The notes: generated by a model from the letters alone, not told the origin. A stretch of DNA of 63,773 nt, filler included, from Aduncisulcus paluster (GCA_024181965.1; 5 parts of 5 records of this genome joined end to end with filler, not necessarily neighbours in it), one strand, 5' to 3'; counted from the first letter of the whole stretch, positions 10,514-24,030 are shown. Made by a program: numbers and translations.

Positions 10514-11803
10514 ATGCATTTTGAGACTTTTTTAAGAGCTTCAATTAAATTCCAAAAGGTTTCATTTGATATTAAGCCGCTCCAATCAGTTTTCGTTTCA
10601 ATGTTAAGTGATCTCTATTCAATTGATGAAGCCCTGATTCCAAAAGATCCATTTTATCTTAATCAAATATGTATTGACTTATTGAGATCCGGGGAACTTC
10701 TTGACACCCTATTATTTCCCCTCAAATATTTAAATGCTTATTATACTCTGACAATGTCTCAGCAGCCATGTTTTTATGGGTTCAAATCATATATTTCAGT
10801 GCCAATATCTGTATCTTTGCCAACAGTAACAGCTCCTGTCCTCGTGCCACCCATTCCTGAATCCGCTGGCTCAGTATCTAAATATTCTCTTCCAAGATTT
10901 GTTGAACGAACATATGGCGGAGAACTTCATGAAAGAGCGGGTTCTTCAAAGTCACTTGCGACAAATCTTGGAGGTCCAATTGATACCCGAATCTCCCTTT
11001 TTTTGTCTCATTCTGGATTTTTCTCCTCGTACTCCTTTTCATGCACTGAATTTAATTATAACATTCTTAGAAAATTTAACAAATCTCAAACAATTCAATC
11101 AACAAAAGACCATTCTCATGACCATAAATCTGGACTTCAATTTCAAGAATCAGAGGAGTTATCGTCACCTTCTGATGAGATTTCTGATTTTGAGGAGGGT
11201 AAAACCGAAGATCATATAGCAAAACAATCAATAATTCCTTCCTCGGACTTTTCTGTCGCTTCTCTGGTAGCAGCTTGGCAGAGCTACACTGTCGATAATC
11301 ATTTTGATACTTGCTGTCATCTTATTGACTATTCAGCTGAACTATTCTCCCCATTCTGCAAATCTAGGGATTCTTCTTCGTCCGCATCTAATGGCTCGAT
11401 TGGATGCAGTGATGATTCCCAAGAATATACTGTATCTGCCGAATCTGGATTGGTATCTGGATTAGTGTCTTCTCCCACTGTTCCCAAAATAGACACAGAT
11501 CAAGATTCCTCAAAAGAAGAGCAACAACAATCCTCAGTGATAGGTGAGGAAATATATTCAGATATGCGTAATGATGGTGTCAAGATGATTGGTGTCGCCT
11601 TGTCGCATATGACCCAGTGTGCTGCAACTACCCACAACTGTCAGGCAAGAGCCGAAGGTGAGGAAGAGAGGAAAGAAAGGGATATATTTATTGGCCAAAG
11701 TGATTACTTGACAGCAAAGAAGAGTATTGACACCTTTGACAAGAAAATCGATGCTTGCTGTGATAAATTGTCCCTATTATTGGATGATATTCTATCTCTA
11801 TGA
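10514..11803 (+). CDS. Hypothetical protein, Ser-rich
   Basis: 429-aa ATG-initiated ORF divergent from KAP3; no recognised motif. Confidence 0.7.
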   Translation: MHFETFLRASIKFQKVSFDIKPLQSVFVSMLSDLYSIDEALIPKDPFYLNQICIDLLRSGELLDTLLFPLKYLNAYYTLTMSQQPCFYGFKSYISVPISVSLPTVTAPVLVPPIPESAGSVSKYSLPRFVERTYGGELHERAGSSKSLATNLGGPIDTRISLFLSHSGFFSSYSFSCTEFNYNILRKFNKSQTIQSTKDHSHDHKSGLQFQESEELSSPSDEISDFEEGKTEDHIAKQSIIPSSDFSVASLVAAWQSYTVDNHFDTCCHLIDYSAELFSPFCKSRDSSSSASNGSIGCSDDSQEYTVSAESGLVSGLVSSPTVPKIDTDQDSSKEEQQQSSVIGEEIYSDMRNDGVKMIGVALSHMTQCAATTHNCQARAEGEEERKERDIFIGQSDYLTAKKSIDTFDKKIDACCDKLSLLLDDILSL

Positions 11804-12097
11804 TGGTAATATACTCTCTATCATTCCATTAAACCATAATTTACTATTCAATAACTGCTTAATCATAAACATAATATACAAACTCTGTCAATTGATTTGC
11901 AGCTTCACCGTTATAACCAAATCATTTATATCTACCAAAAAAAATGGCCATTGGCCACAATGACTCATCTCTAAATTCATCAGCTGCAGCTGCTCCAGAT
12001 GTTTTGTCTTTCTGTTGTTCCTGTTAGAGATGGTAAATAAATAAACTCCATCATGGAGTCCATGTCCAAATTATCGCTTCCGAACAATGTTAATCAT

Positions 12098-15000
12098 TCA
12101 CTCATGATTGAAATCACTTATCTCTCTCTCTGTTTGGAGAACGGAACTTTCCATCTCAGTCTCCATTGTTTCCTCAACTTCTGAGTCTGTTTGTTCATGA
12201 GTTTCTTGTACATACCCGGAAATAGAAGAGGAAGATCCAGAATCTGAATTTTCAGAAGAATTTGTCCGGCTCAGATTTGGTGTTTCTGCTTGGATAGTTG
12301 AGAGATGATGATGATGAGATTCTTGAATAATAGATGAAACCATATCAGTGTAACTCTTTGTTCTATCGTCATCTCTTTCTCGCCGAATTTCTTCATATAT
12401 CCTTCTACTCTTTTTTTCGTCATCAGAGTCACAATCATCATCCTTAGACTCAAATATTTCAGGACGATCGCTTTCTTGACGAGTAGCAGAATCAGATATT
12501 GGTCCTCGGCTAATACAGCTACTATGAGTATAAGTATATGTGGAAGATGATTCAACAATGTTTTCGAAATCCTCATTCCTCCCTTTGAAATGTCTTTTGA
12601 TTGAAGAATCTTCAGGGGTAGAATTTTCCGATTTCTCTTCTTCATCTTCACATTGACTCTCCATTCGTCCATATACTTTCTCTTCATTAGCACTGTCCAA
12701 GGAATTAACAAAGGAATTCTGTTCCATAATACTAAATAAATCCCTGGATATTCGTTTCTTCTGATCTTCTTCTTCATCTTCACATTGACTCTCCTTTCGT
12801 CCATATACTTTCTCTTCAATAGCACTGTCCATGGGAAAAATAGAGGGATTCTGTTCTATAATTCTTAATACATCCTCGTCCATTCCTTTCTTCCGATCAT
12901 TATTAATTTCCACATCCTTCTCGAATTCAGCATGATCTTTCTCACTATACTTGAAACCAATCGATGCCTTTTCCATCATTTTCCCATATTTTTCTTCAAT
13001 TTTACCACTTAAAACTGGGAATTTTGCAAAATCCTTCAATAATAGAAGCCAACTTTGTCCAATGTTTATAAATTTCCTCAAATCCATACACATGATTCTT
13101 TTCCCCGCATTATTCTTGTCAGATATACATAATGGTGTGTGTTGTGTTACAATAGAATGCAAATAATCCATAAACGGTTGAATATCATGAAATAGATTGT
13201 AAGAATACTCCACTGAATCCAACATATTCGAAATATAAGAACATAATGCCTGGTAGGATCGGCAAAAGTGTTTATCAGTATTACGTAATAAATCTAACAT
13301 GAGCATATTTTCAAGTGATTTCCTCTTTTGAATCTCCAACAGCTTGATATCCTGAAATTTGATCATTTTCTCCAGGACACGGCATCTTGACAACTTTCCC
13401 ATTTTAGAAGTACCACATGAAAATCGATATAATATCCGAAAAAAGAAGAAAAATATTCTTGGATCAGTATTTTCAAATAAAAGTTTGATGTAGGGTTCAT
13501 ATCTTATAAAAACTCGGGAAGTTTTCAGAGGATATTCCTCCAACACCTTTTCTGTTGTCACTAATATGGAGTACAATTCATCAGTTGACAACTTGTCAAT
13601 TCCTTTTGCAAAAATTAATTCTATCACCTGACACATTTGTTTAAATTCCTCTTCTTTTGTACATTTGAGTAATTTGGCTGAAATACAGATGTGTTTTGAA
13701 TACAACATTGAGAATTGGGTAATCCAAGGATTCGAAGATCCTTTTGTCAAAAAATTTGCAACTTTGTTAATCCTCGGGAAAAAACGAATTTTGTGGAATC
13801 TAATACCAGAAATATCCAGGGTCACATCATGTGAATTAGGTCGGAGCATAAATTTCAAACATTTTAAACAGCGAATAATGATCATTTCATTCTGAAGAAC
13901 TTGGTCTTCGGTTTCATGATTTAATATTTCGAACAAGGCATCAAAATATTTGAAGATATATTTAAAATATTCCTTCTCAGATTCGATGGAATCACATATC
14001 TTTTCGATTAATCCGGGATCAAAGAGAAGTTTTTCGTTGAGACCTATAATTCCAGGACAAGAGAAAAATTTGAAGATCAAATCAAAATACCAACCCACAA
14101 TCGATTCGTTTTTTGCCACATTGATATGCTCATACCACAAAAATATATAATCTTTCACGTGGGAATACACTTCTTTTGTATGTTCCTCATCCCAACACAT
14201 TTTTGCTAGAAAAGACAAAAACCTACTAATTTTCATATCTTGAAACCAAGCAAGAGGATCTGTCACTTTTTGATAGTCAATAATTTTCCTGACTACATCA
14301 CCGACAAGCTCGAATAGAGTATCTCTATCAAATGAGAAAATTGAGTATTTTCTTGGGAGTTCCCAATTTAAAGAATTAATCGATACTGAGAGATAAGAAG
14401 GACCCAGATCATCTTCATCAGTTTGAGAGGATCCAAACAACACATCCAAAAATAGGATGAAATATCCCAAACAAAAAGAATACCAAGGTTTTCTAAACCA
14501 TTGTACAATATGATCCTTCCAAACAGCTGAAATTCTCGGAATATTGGCTTGAATACGGCCCAATTTCATGGAAAGTAAAAGAACATCGATAAAATAATGA
14601 TATTCTCCTTCATCAACTGAAATATCTTTCTCAAGAATATTCCTCATTAAACATTTGTCTCCAACAAATATTTTGGCACCAATCATCTCGGAAAGTTCAT
14701 AATGTTGGAGATTTGAAAGATCTTTGAAAATTGATATTATCAACGCTCTAAATTTATATGAATCCAGAACCTTTTCAATCCTATCAAAATATGGGAAAAA
14801 TGTTGTAAACATGTCAATACAATTCTCATAAGGAAGAATAACTTCCTCGTCATTCGAAATATGAGATCGAAGACATCGAACACATTTGAAGATCATTTCC
14901 TTATTTCCATGAACATCCGACATTTTCATGGTATTGTCAAAAAAATCAACAAAATGTTTTCGATGTTGACGATACAAATTTCCAAGGACCTCATTGGAAG

Positions 15001-16226
15001 AAGCCTTCCCAGTCAGGTCAAAAAATTCCTCAAACTTATCACTAAATGTAAGGCTTTGTCGCAAAGAGGATAGTAAAATTGGTGAAGAACATTCCCGGAA
15101 TTTCTTCATCAATCTGTTAAGCGAATTTCTGAAATTCGAAGAATGTGAATATGAAGAATGCATAAAAGAACTGATCCACCCTTCTGGCTTGGAAGATACC
15201 CATTTCTTCACCCAGTCAACTACTGAGAGAGTATGTTCATCATCAAAACAAAGAGCAAAGAGGAAGTCAAAAAATAATTTTAAAAAACAACAGGAAGATC
15301 TTAGATTTATCTTCATAAATTGAACAATATTCTTCTTAACAATCTCAAAGAGACCATGGCATCGAGATAAAAGAGGTGAACTATCAGCAAGAGATTCATG
15401 AGATATCAGCCAAAGAAAAGAAACGAATCTTCCAAAACAATCATCATCATATTCCTTTTCTAACCAGGAACTAAGGTGATCCTTCCAGATCTCATAAATT
15501 TTTTGTTGATATGGTTGGCCAAGATATGTACAAATCCAATTTGAAATAACCAAAATTTTACAAATAAAAGTATTCTCTTGAACTTGCTTTTGTTCAATCA
15601 CCCAATCCATTGCTAAGGATCTCTTCAATAAATCATGGTCGACAAATTTACATAATTCTTCAGGATTGTTAGAGCAAAGAAGAATTGATACGATTCTTCC
15701 CCCTCCAAGAACGTCTTCAACCTTTTGAGTTTTAAAAAAATAAGAAATCAAATGTGAAACAATTACTCGAGCCTCGAAAAAGGCAATTTCAATATCTGTA
15801 GTGGCTGAGGAAGACCATTCTGGCAATATTGGAACATCGACAATCAGTTTTGAACATAATCCCTTTATCATCTTAACAAATGCATCCTTTTCCGGTGTTT
15901 TATCTCGACAATCAACTATCTGAACCCAAGAAGGAAGATGCTGTACAAGCATTGAATCAATAATTGATAGAGATTGAGAAAAAGAAGCCATGAGCAAAAA
16001 TGAATAGATTATGATTTCTTCTTGAATATTTTTTCCATCGTCCAAGATATCCATCATAATTTGAATAAATCTGTCACGGAAAGATAGATAATGAGAAAAA
16101 ATATTACAGCATCTTGAAGAGTTTTCGATCAACAGAGAATAAAGAATCTGAGCAATAAACCCAAAAATTTTCGGATTGCTAAACCGAATTAACTTGCAGA
16201 ATTCTTGAATAAATTCAGAAGAATAG

Positions 16227-16258
<32 letters not shown>

Positions 16259-16727
16259 GGCCTCAGTTCCATCAATTAAAATTGTTAGCGAGGAAGTTAA
16301 GGATAATTTTATGGATCATAAAGTTCTAAAATACTCTCATTTTCATCACAAAGATCCAATTTTCTATAATTTTTAGAACAACAATAGATATTTCATCTGT
16401 CTGAAAAATTTTCTCAACTTCAATGAGAGTTTGAAGAAATCGTTCCACACACTCTTGAACACATCTTTTTGAAAGAAAAATTTCCGGAAATTTGTCTATC
16501 CGGTCATCAACCAAGGATCCTAAGCATTGACAACATAGAGACACCAATTCCTTATCTGTACGAATTATCTCAATAATTGAATCCATTCTGAGAATTGTGG
16601 CCAATCTATCCTTATATTCATCGAACATTTCATCAAGTTCAGCAGAGGAAGATGCTTTTTGGATGGCTTCGAGAAGCCACTGAGCTTCAGCCTTTGTAAA
16701 TTCGAGTTCATCTGTAGTAGGCTCCAT
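12098..16727 (-). pseudogene. Large helical-repeat protein of a lineage-specific family; 5' part disrupted, >1340 codons intact downstream
   Basis: ORF 16727-16326 and the 1344-aa ORF share a module (KASS...KE..LC..CL). The main frame stays open upstream of 16132 until a TAA at 16258-16256. Further frame breaks lie at about 16310-16360. Confidence 0.6.
16224..16263 (-). mobile_element. Poly(A)26 insertion flanked by a 7-bp direct repeat (TAGGCCT on +)
   Basis: TAGGCCT(16224-16230) - T26 - TAGGCCT(16257-16263). Removing the 33 nt restores GAG GCC TAT in the host reading frame. Confidence 0.7.
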
Positions 16728-17289
16728 AAAATACCATAAAAATATATTTTATACAAATTGAGTTGCAAAAATATAAAAAGTTGTTTGTCGTGTCAGAAAA
16801 ACAACTCAAAGTTTGAAACTCCTCACTGAAGAGTCCTCAGCAAGTATTCATAACAACAACTTTCAGATAACGAATCAATATCCCATTCATAAACTCAATT
16901 TTATTATCTTTTTTTACTTTAATTCATATTCTTTCACATAAACAAAAATCGAGAGGAACTGATAAACAGAAACAGAAATCTGCATATGGTGTTTCCGATT
17001 AAATGGTCTAAAATCCACTTATTCTGAACATTGCACATAATAGGTATATTATATCGCATATTCAATATATTGTTTCATATCCTCTTCAAGTGAATGGGAC
17101 GGACTATCGCACACATTTCAAACGAGAAAGAGAGGATGTTATTCTCATAATTCTAATAATAGAACAAAAAATATTATTATTATAGCCGATATAATAATAA
17201 GTATTAATCCTTTCAACCACGAAACCTGAAGATTCAGAACAACCAAACAATGAACCCATCACGAATTATAAATATTACTTCGTATATCT

Positions 17290-18882
17290 TTAATGACCCT
17301 TTCTGCCCTTCTTTCTCTTCATCTTTTCGACGTGCTTCCTTTTCTTGATCATTTTCATCTTATCTCTTGTTCCATCGTCATCCATCTTGACATACACTCC
17401 TTCCCACACTCCAAGAATCCTTCCCACACTCTTCAAGACCTCCTCAAGGTTCACCCTGAACTCTTTCATCTGGCTCTTGACATCAGTCTCAATGGTCTTC
17501 ACAAGTTCCACGTCTGCCCGCCCCACAAAGGAGATGGAAAGACCTGTCTGACCCCTTCGAGCAGTCCTACCAACTCTGNNNNNNNNNNNNNNNNNNNNAT
17601 CTCTTGTTCCATCGTCATCCATCTTGACATACACTCCTTCCCACACTCCAAGAATCCTTCCCACACTCTTCAAGACCTCCTCAAGGTTCACCCTGAACTC
17701 TTTCATCTGGCTCTTGACATCAGTCTCAATGGTCTTCACAAGTTCCACGTCTGCCCGCCCCACAAAGGAGATGGAAAGACCTGTCTGACCCCTTCGAGCA
17801 GTCCTACCAACTCTGTGGATGTAAGTAGCGGAGTTAAGGGGAATATCAAAGTTAATAACGACCTCTACAGTCGGAATATCAAGCCCACGACCAGCAACAT
17901 CAGTGCACACGAGTATACGGGATTGCCGAGCCTTGAAGCGTTTAATACTCTCCATCCGCTCCTTCTGAGACATTAAACCATGCAAACAACTCACATCCTC
18001 CAATCCAAGCTCCACGAGTGTCTGCCCTACGAGGTGACAAGTCTCACGTGTTGAAGTGAAGACAATAATGTGCTGAAGAGATAGTTTCTTGGTCAATAAT
18101 TCATGAAGGATCACAGGCTTGATTGCAGGATCACTGATAAGTACATATGTATGCGTGAGAGAGGACACCAGTTCCATGTCTCCTTCGACCAGTGAAAAGA
18201 ACTTGAGCCCACGGTGTTGAACGAGCGTTTCAATCTGAAGCTTCAATTGGGGCGATATAGTAGCAGTAAACATATGTGTCTTGAATGTTTTAACACGTTT
18301 GGTGGAAGTTTCTCCCGATTTATCATCGGTAGAAGATACTTCAATTTCTTTTGAGGGAAGATGAGAAAATATATTGATGATTTGTTCTTGAAACCCACTG
18401 CCAGTTTCCATTAATACGTCAGCTTCATCCAGGACAACGACTTCAACCCGTTTGAAAGCATTGGATATTTCTGGATCTATCAAGAGATGTGACAACCGAC
18501 CGGGAGTAGCAATCACAATATGAGGGCGATGCATTATGGCTCTACATTGCTCATCTATAGACATACCACCAGTAACCAGGGTTATTCTGAGTCCCATCCA
18601 TTCTCCAAGCGCCGAGAAACTATCTTTTATCTGAAAGGCTAATTCTCGAGTTGGAGTAAGAACAAGAGAATATACACCCCGAGGATTCGATTCTAATTCA
18701 GATAAAATTGGCAAAGCAAATGCGGCTGTCTTACCACTACCAGTTTTAGCGATACCAGCAACTGTTTCACCTTTCAAAATTGAAGGAATAGTTTTTTCTT
18801 GGATCTCCGTCGGGAAATCATATCCTAATGATTTACAGGCAAGACAAAGTCTTGGAGATAATCCCAATTTCTTCCAATTCAT
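17290..18882 (-). CDS. DBP8: DEAD-box RNA helicase DBP8/DDX49-like; 3' end duplicated across an N gap
   Basis: Q motif PTEIQ, AKTGSGKTAAFALPIL, PTRELAFQI, DEAD, TAT, TDVAGRGLDIPTV, YIHRVGRTAR. Likely start MNWKKLGL at 18882. Confidence 0.88.
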   Translation of the reverse strand: MNWKKLGLSPRLCLACKSLGYDFPTEIQEKTIPSILKGETVAGIAKTGSGKTAAFALPILSELESNPRGVYSLVLTPTRELAFQIKDSFSALGEWMGLRITLVTGGMSIDEQCRAIMHRPHIVIATPGRLSHLLIDPEISNAFKRVEVVVLDEADVLMETGSGFQEQIINIFSHLPSKEIEVSSTDDKSGETSTKRVKTFKTHMFTATISPQLKLQIETLVQHRGLKFFSLVEGDMELVSSLTHTYVLISDPAIKPVILHELLTKKLSLQHIIVFTSTRETCHLVGQTLVELGLEDVSCLHGLMSQKERMESIKRFKARQSRILVCTDVAGRGLDIPTVEVVINFDIPLNSATYIHRVGRTARRGQTGLSISFVGRADVELVKTIETDVKSQMKEFRVNLEEVLKSVGRILGVWEGVYVKMDDDGTRDXXXXXXXRVGRTARRGQTGLSISFVGRADVELVKTIETDVKSQMKEFRVNLEEVLKSVGRILGVWEGVYVKMDDDGTRDKMKMIKKRKHVEKMKRKKGRKGH

Positions 18883-19303
18883 CACAAAACAATGATTGGA
18901 TTTCCATTTCAAAATCAAAGCATAATAGGATATTGTAAAGGTCAAATATTATCAGATCAATTAATAAATAATGCAATAAGCCGAATAATATTATTTTATT
19001 GTTTGATTTAACAGAGATAAAAGACCTTTAAATTATTTTTGTACATGGCGATAAATATTATTTTATAAGTCAAAATTTGAAAATATCCAACATAATAAAC
19101 CATACCATCTGGAATGATATTAAACATATCCTTGTAGATAGAGTGAACACGATATCTACTTAAATACAAATAATTGAGTAAAAGTCAAAGCAAAATATTT
19201 ATTACACTCCATGAACTTGCAAATATTATTACTTTAACACTAAAGATATGTAAGATTCTATTTGATTCTATAGTGGTGACACTTGTGCAACAATATAAAA
19301 AAA

Positions 19304-22300
19304 ATGGAAACGATAGGAGGGCTGAAAAGTGTATTGGATAAGTTTATGCCCGAAATAGAAGAGTCGGCGCTTCCTGAAAACATTGTTGTAGAGGTTCGCG
19401 CCTCCCTTAAGAAATTCTCTCAAGCATTGACATTAATGATGGAAGAGCTCGGCCCTACTGTTAGAATAGATTATCCACGGGTTCCAGATGGTCAAGCCAG
19501 TGCTTTAGCTGAGGATAGACATTTGGTAGCTACTTTTTCTCAAGATGTCGAGAAATGGACAACAGTTTTAAATAAGACATTACGTTCTGTCGGGGATATG
19601 GTACAAGAGAGTCCAGGTCCCCGGGCAATCGTTGATGTTTGGCGTAGAAAAGCTGCAACTTTATCTTCTGTTTACAGCAAACTTAGCCATGAAAAAGTCA
19701 CAAAAGTTTTGGCCGTACTCTCTCATAAAGGTGCTGAACCCGCCAAAAATTTACAAGTTCGCATGTCTGAACTCAGCAAAAGGACTGAGGAAGCAGTTGA
19801 TAATACAAGGTTTCTTTCCATCCTTGAACCACATATTCGGACCATTGAAACTGCTCCCTTGGAAAATTTAATGACTGACGTTGTCTCTTTTCTTAAAAAT
19901 GCTAAACTTGTCTGGACAGTTTCCAGATATTTCAATACTGACGAAAGAATGAAAGGATTATTGAAAGAAATGACATATTTACTCGTTAAGAGAGTTAAAT
20001 ATGCTGTTAATATATCTCAATTACTTGTTCCACCCAAAATTACTGCTGCTTGTGGTAGCGATTCTACTATTATGGAGGATATCATTGGCAAGATGTCCAT
20101 TGGTGAATCTGTTTCTCAAAAAGATATTGAAGAAGGAAAAGAGCGCACTAAGCTAAGAATTCTTGCCGAGAGAGAGGAAGAGATCGTTGGAACAAGACAT
20201 GGTTCAGAACTTCGTACCGCTCGTGCCCGTAGTATCCAAGAGGTCAAAGATGGCTCCAAATCCTCCACAGGATCCTCATCCACAATGCCTCTATTCTCTA
20301 CTGTTCGCCCTGTGGGTGATCATCTCCTTCATGCTGTCAAGGTCCTGAATGAGTCGTGTAATCTCTTAGAGAAATGGAAGAATACATTCATGGAGAAGAA
20401 AAGAGAGATAGAAACCGAGGGTAGCCATAGAAAATGGGAGTTTAGTCCCACTGATATATTTGAGGAGTCTAAGATTGCCGTTTCCAGGTGCGAGACTCTA
20501 TTAAAGATAGTTCTTGAGGTCCATTCATTCGTTCCTCTATATTCGTCGCAACTGTCTTCCCTATCAAGCACATCTTCACTCACAATGGTCACACAGAATC
20601 TATACAAGGCCATCTTACCATTTGTGCGCAAATCGGAGAAGAAAGATGACATTTTCTCTCGGAATGGAAGTAATTGGTCGAATAGATATCAACATTACCA
20701 ACAAAGCATTCGACTGGCCCAGGCAGCATGCTCAGACTTCATTGACGGTGCTTTCAAGACTGTGCGTAACGTAGATTCTGCCATCCAACTCCTCGTAAAC
20801 TGGCAAAAAGAGGAGAGAAGTACAGCCGTTGTTCCTGACCGTTCAGAACGCCAGAGCAGCCTCTCTTCTTCGTCGTCTGCTTCTCGAGGCACTGGAGGTC
20901 CAGGATCTAAGCGTTCTTCAACCATTGTTCTTCAGAAATTATCTTCAAAAGTCCCCACTGTTGTTGACATGCTCTTACGCCAGATGGATGATATTGGCAT
21001 TCGTTTCGACAAACAGAAGTACAACCCTCCCATCCGCTCATCACGTGCCCCTGTCTCTGAGGCTGTGAAATGGGTTAGGGATCAGTTCAATTCCATTAAG
21101 AGTACATATACAATATTTAAACAGCTTCACAAGGATGAAATATCTCAAAAGAGTGTGGCTGATAAGTTTTCACAATTAGCTACTAAATTCAAGCAATACG
21201 AGCAAGAAATTGTCGGTGAGTTCAAAAAAGTCACTCAAGAAAAAGTATTAATGTATTTGAACGCTCCTTTATTGATTGAAGTTCCCAAAACTCAGAGCAT
21301 TGAGGAATCTTTTGGCATTACCGATGACGACAATGTGTTTGCTCGTCTTAGAAAGGCAAAGAAAACAGGATTGGGTGCTTATTTGTCCATTGGGGGTGAA
21401 GGAACAAGCGCTAGAACTACCAGAAAACATGCTGAAGCCACTTCACGTGCCCTACGCACAGGTCATCGTGGCTCACAGTCTGGCGAGACTACTGCCGTTC
21501 TACCGTCAAGTGATGAACTCTGCTCGTCTCTGTATATCCTTGACTCTCCCAATCAGGTCATTGTTAACTTCCACCCTTCTCTCGAACCCATTATGGCCGA
21601 AAGTAAGGCCCTGAGTGCCATTAATGTGACTGTTCCAGCCTCTCTTAACTCTACACTGTTACAGCGAGAGAAATATATAGGTCGGAAGGACATGCTTGTT
21701 AAGATCTTGTCTGACTTAAACAATGCTATTGCTTCCCTCGACAAAGAAGAGAAGCAACTCATCCTCCCTACCGTCAAGAATAATGTAGCTAAAGTCCTAT
21801 TGCCAGGGTTTGTGTCTCTCAACTGGAATTCTCTTTCAAACGATCAGTTTATTGTGCACTGTGAGAAAGCTGTGCGTGAACTCAAAGACACAACCGACCA
21901 TATCAAGAAGGAATCCAAATCGCTTGCCACAACCATTGCTGACATTAAAAGCATCAAGTTATTCAAACCGCCTAAACGTATGTCCTACTCTGAAATGGAG
22001 GAGATACTCAAGAAAGGAATGGAAGCCAAGAAGACTGCTGCCGAGCAATCTCACAGGGCCAAGAAGGAGAAACGTGATGCTTTTCTGAGTGCTCGTGATG
22101 AGATCAAACGGAGTGCATCTAAGAAAGGAGCTATATCCGGTGGTCCGAGCTCCTCCATTCTCTTTAGCTCCTCTCAGTCACATTCCCATGTTTCCAAAGT
22201 GACCTTGAAGGCCATGAAGAAACAACAAGAGATCGCTTCAATGAGTAAGGATGGAAATATTGTGTTTAATACGCCCACCCTCGAGGAGTTTGTAAGCATT

Positions 22301-22966
22301 GTTCAGAGAGAAATGCATAAGAATGTTAAGGTTGCCATTGATAAATATCGTAGTGTTACCAATCTCCTTAGGAACCTTGAAGCATCAGTGTGTGGGACTC
22401 AAACCGGTTCAAACCCCATCATGAAACATTATTATGCAGTGTGGGAAGCTAAGTTGTTCGGGGGATTAAAAGCTATGGTTACAAAAGGTTTGTTATCATA
22501 TATCAACACACTTTCCAAGTTCAAGGATGACACAGCCACCATTGATGGGAAAGGAAAGCCTTTATTCCGTGTCACTGATGGAGAAGTCGTCGATGGTAAG
22601 AAGATCCTTCCCTTGTTCCAGGTATCTGCCCAATTGATCGGACATTCAGTCAAGATGACACCATCACTCACCAAGGTCGATGAAGAGCTCGTTCGTATTG
22701 CCCAGCTCATCGTTGGTTCCATTGTTCCGTTTTACTCATGGATCCCAGGTACTTGTATTCCTGAGAACGAACGTGAACAATGGGAACGTGAAGAGAAAGA
22801 GAGAAAGGAAAAAGAAGCTGCTCAAAGCCAAACAAAGGAGTTAGAGAAGGTTAAGAAACAAGTCAAGTCCTCAAATCTCACTGGTCGTGTCACTGCCCGT
22901 TCAGGCCGTATAACAGCTCGTTCAGGTCGTTCTAGCACAATGTCCATGCGTAGTGACGGTTCTATG
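19304..22966 (+). CDS. DNAH10: Axonemal dynein heavy chain N-terminal region, DNAH10 (inner arm I1-alpha)-like; truncated at contig end
   Basis: GPRAIVDVWR, EAVDNTRFLSILE, VSRYFNTDERM, IETEGSHRKWEF, LNWNSL and TGSNPIMKHYYAVWE match DHC_N1 blocks of DNAH10. Confidence 0.82.
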
Positions 22967-23066
22967 NNNNNNNNNNNNNNNNNNNNNNNNNNNNNNNNNN
23001 NNNNNNNNNNTTAATTAATTAANNNNNNNNNNNNNNNNNNNNNNNNNNNNNNNNNNNNNNNNNNNN
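22967..23066. other. Artificial contig linker
   Basis: N44-TTAATTAATTAA-N44, giving stops in all six frames. Confidence 0.98.
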
Positions 23067-23536
23067 CCTCTTCCTCTGTCCCTCGTCCACTTGGAGACAT
23101 TCCTCTATCCCTCTCGAGTAGTCCTATGATAAGTGTCAGTGAGGTTGAGAGGTCTGATGAGGATGATTTGTTATCCGAGAAGAGAGGGACTCCAGGCCAC
23201 TCTGATGCTTCTTCTGGCTCAGATCCTTCTTCTTCTCCTCTCCATTCTGTCGAACCTGATATTTTCCCCGCCGTTGATCTTGCCTTGCTTCCGATCGGAG
23301 CATATGCCCCTCGAGCTATTTTCAAGACAATGCATGCTGCTCCAGAGGATACCGTTAGGATGATGGAGGCTCTTCAACCAACTCAGGCAATTGCAATGCA
23401 TTGGGGGACCTTTATTCTTACCATGGAACCATATTTAGAACCTCCACGATTATCAAGAGAACTCATGGAGAAGGCGGGATTAGCTGAAAGATTTTTCATT
23501 CTTCAACATGGAGAAACAAAATTATTCTTAAAATAG
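23067..23536 (+). CDS. NAPE-PLD-like metallo-beta-lactamase-fold hydrolase, C-terminal fragment
   Basis: DLALLPIGAYAPR...MHAAPED...AMHWGTFILTMEPYLEPP; 5' end lost at the contig edge. Confidence 0.85.
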
Positions 23537-23837
23537 ATTGGGCGAATAGCAGTGCTAATATTTCGCAAACAAGAAACCGATCAATATTTTATGAATTATT
23601 TATGTTTTGAGTCGAGAATCCCGGCTTGGTGCCATTTGAAAATAACTTTCACATTTCAACATCCTTTTGGATCACTATTTTATGTTCAAACATGTTCATC
23701 AAACATGCTTGATTTCTGGATGAAATTCAATTTTAACAAACAAGAAAATACTGATCGCAGTCTTTTTTTTTATGTTATTTTTTTAATAACTGCCAGTTCA
23801 GTGTTTATCCTCAATATTTCAGTGTCTAGATGAGAAA

Positions 23838-24030
23838 TTGATCTGTTTGATTCAAACTTACACTCAGAACCTCACAGAGAATAAGTTTGTCAATCGTTCT
23901 GGTTATGTCATTAATCTTGTGAAAAAAAAACACCAAAACGTTGGTTATTACCCAATTTTAAAGCAATTTGAAAAATGTGAATTCTAAAAATAGAAATTCT
24001 AAAAATAGAAATTCTAAAAATGAAAGTGGT
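23838..24030 (+). repeat. Left arm of a degenerate ~200-bp inverted repeat, containing (AATTCTAAAAATAG) units
   Basis: GTTATTACCCAATTTTA...TTTGAAAAATGTGAATTCTAAAAATAGAA matches the reverse complement of 25051-25130; weaker similarity continues outward. Confidence 0.8.

Noticed and set aside
23011..23022. Recurrent palindrome TTAATTAATTAA
   Set aside because: Synthetic six-frame stop spacer centred in N runs.
23980..24020. Short repeats here, at 3914-3960 and at 26756-26785 as CRISPR-like arrays
   Set aside because: Contiguous simple repeats with no spacers and no cas genes.
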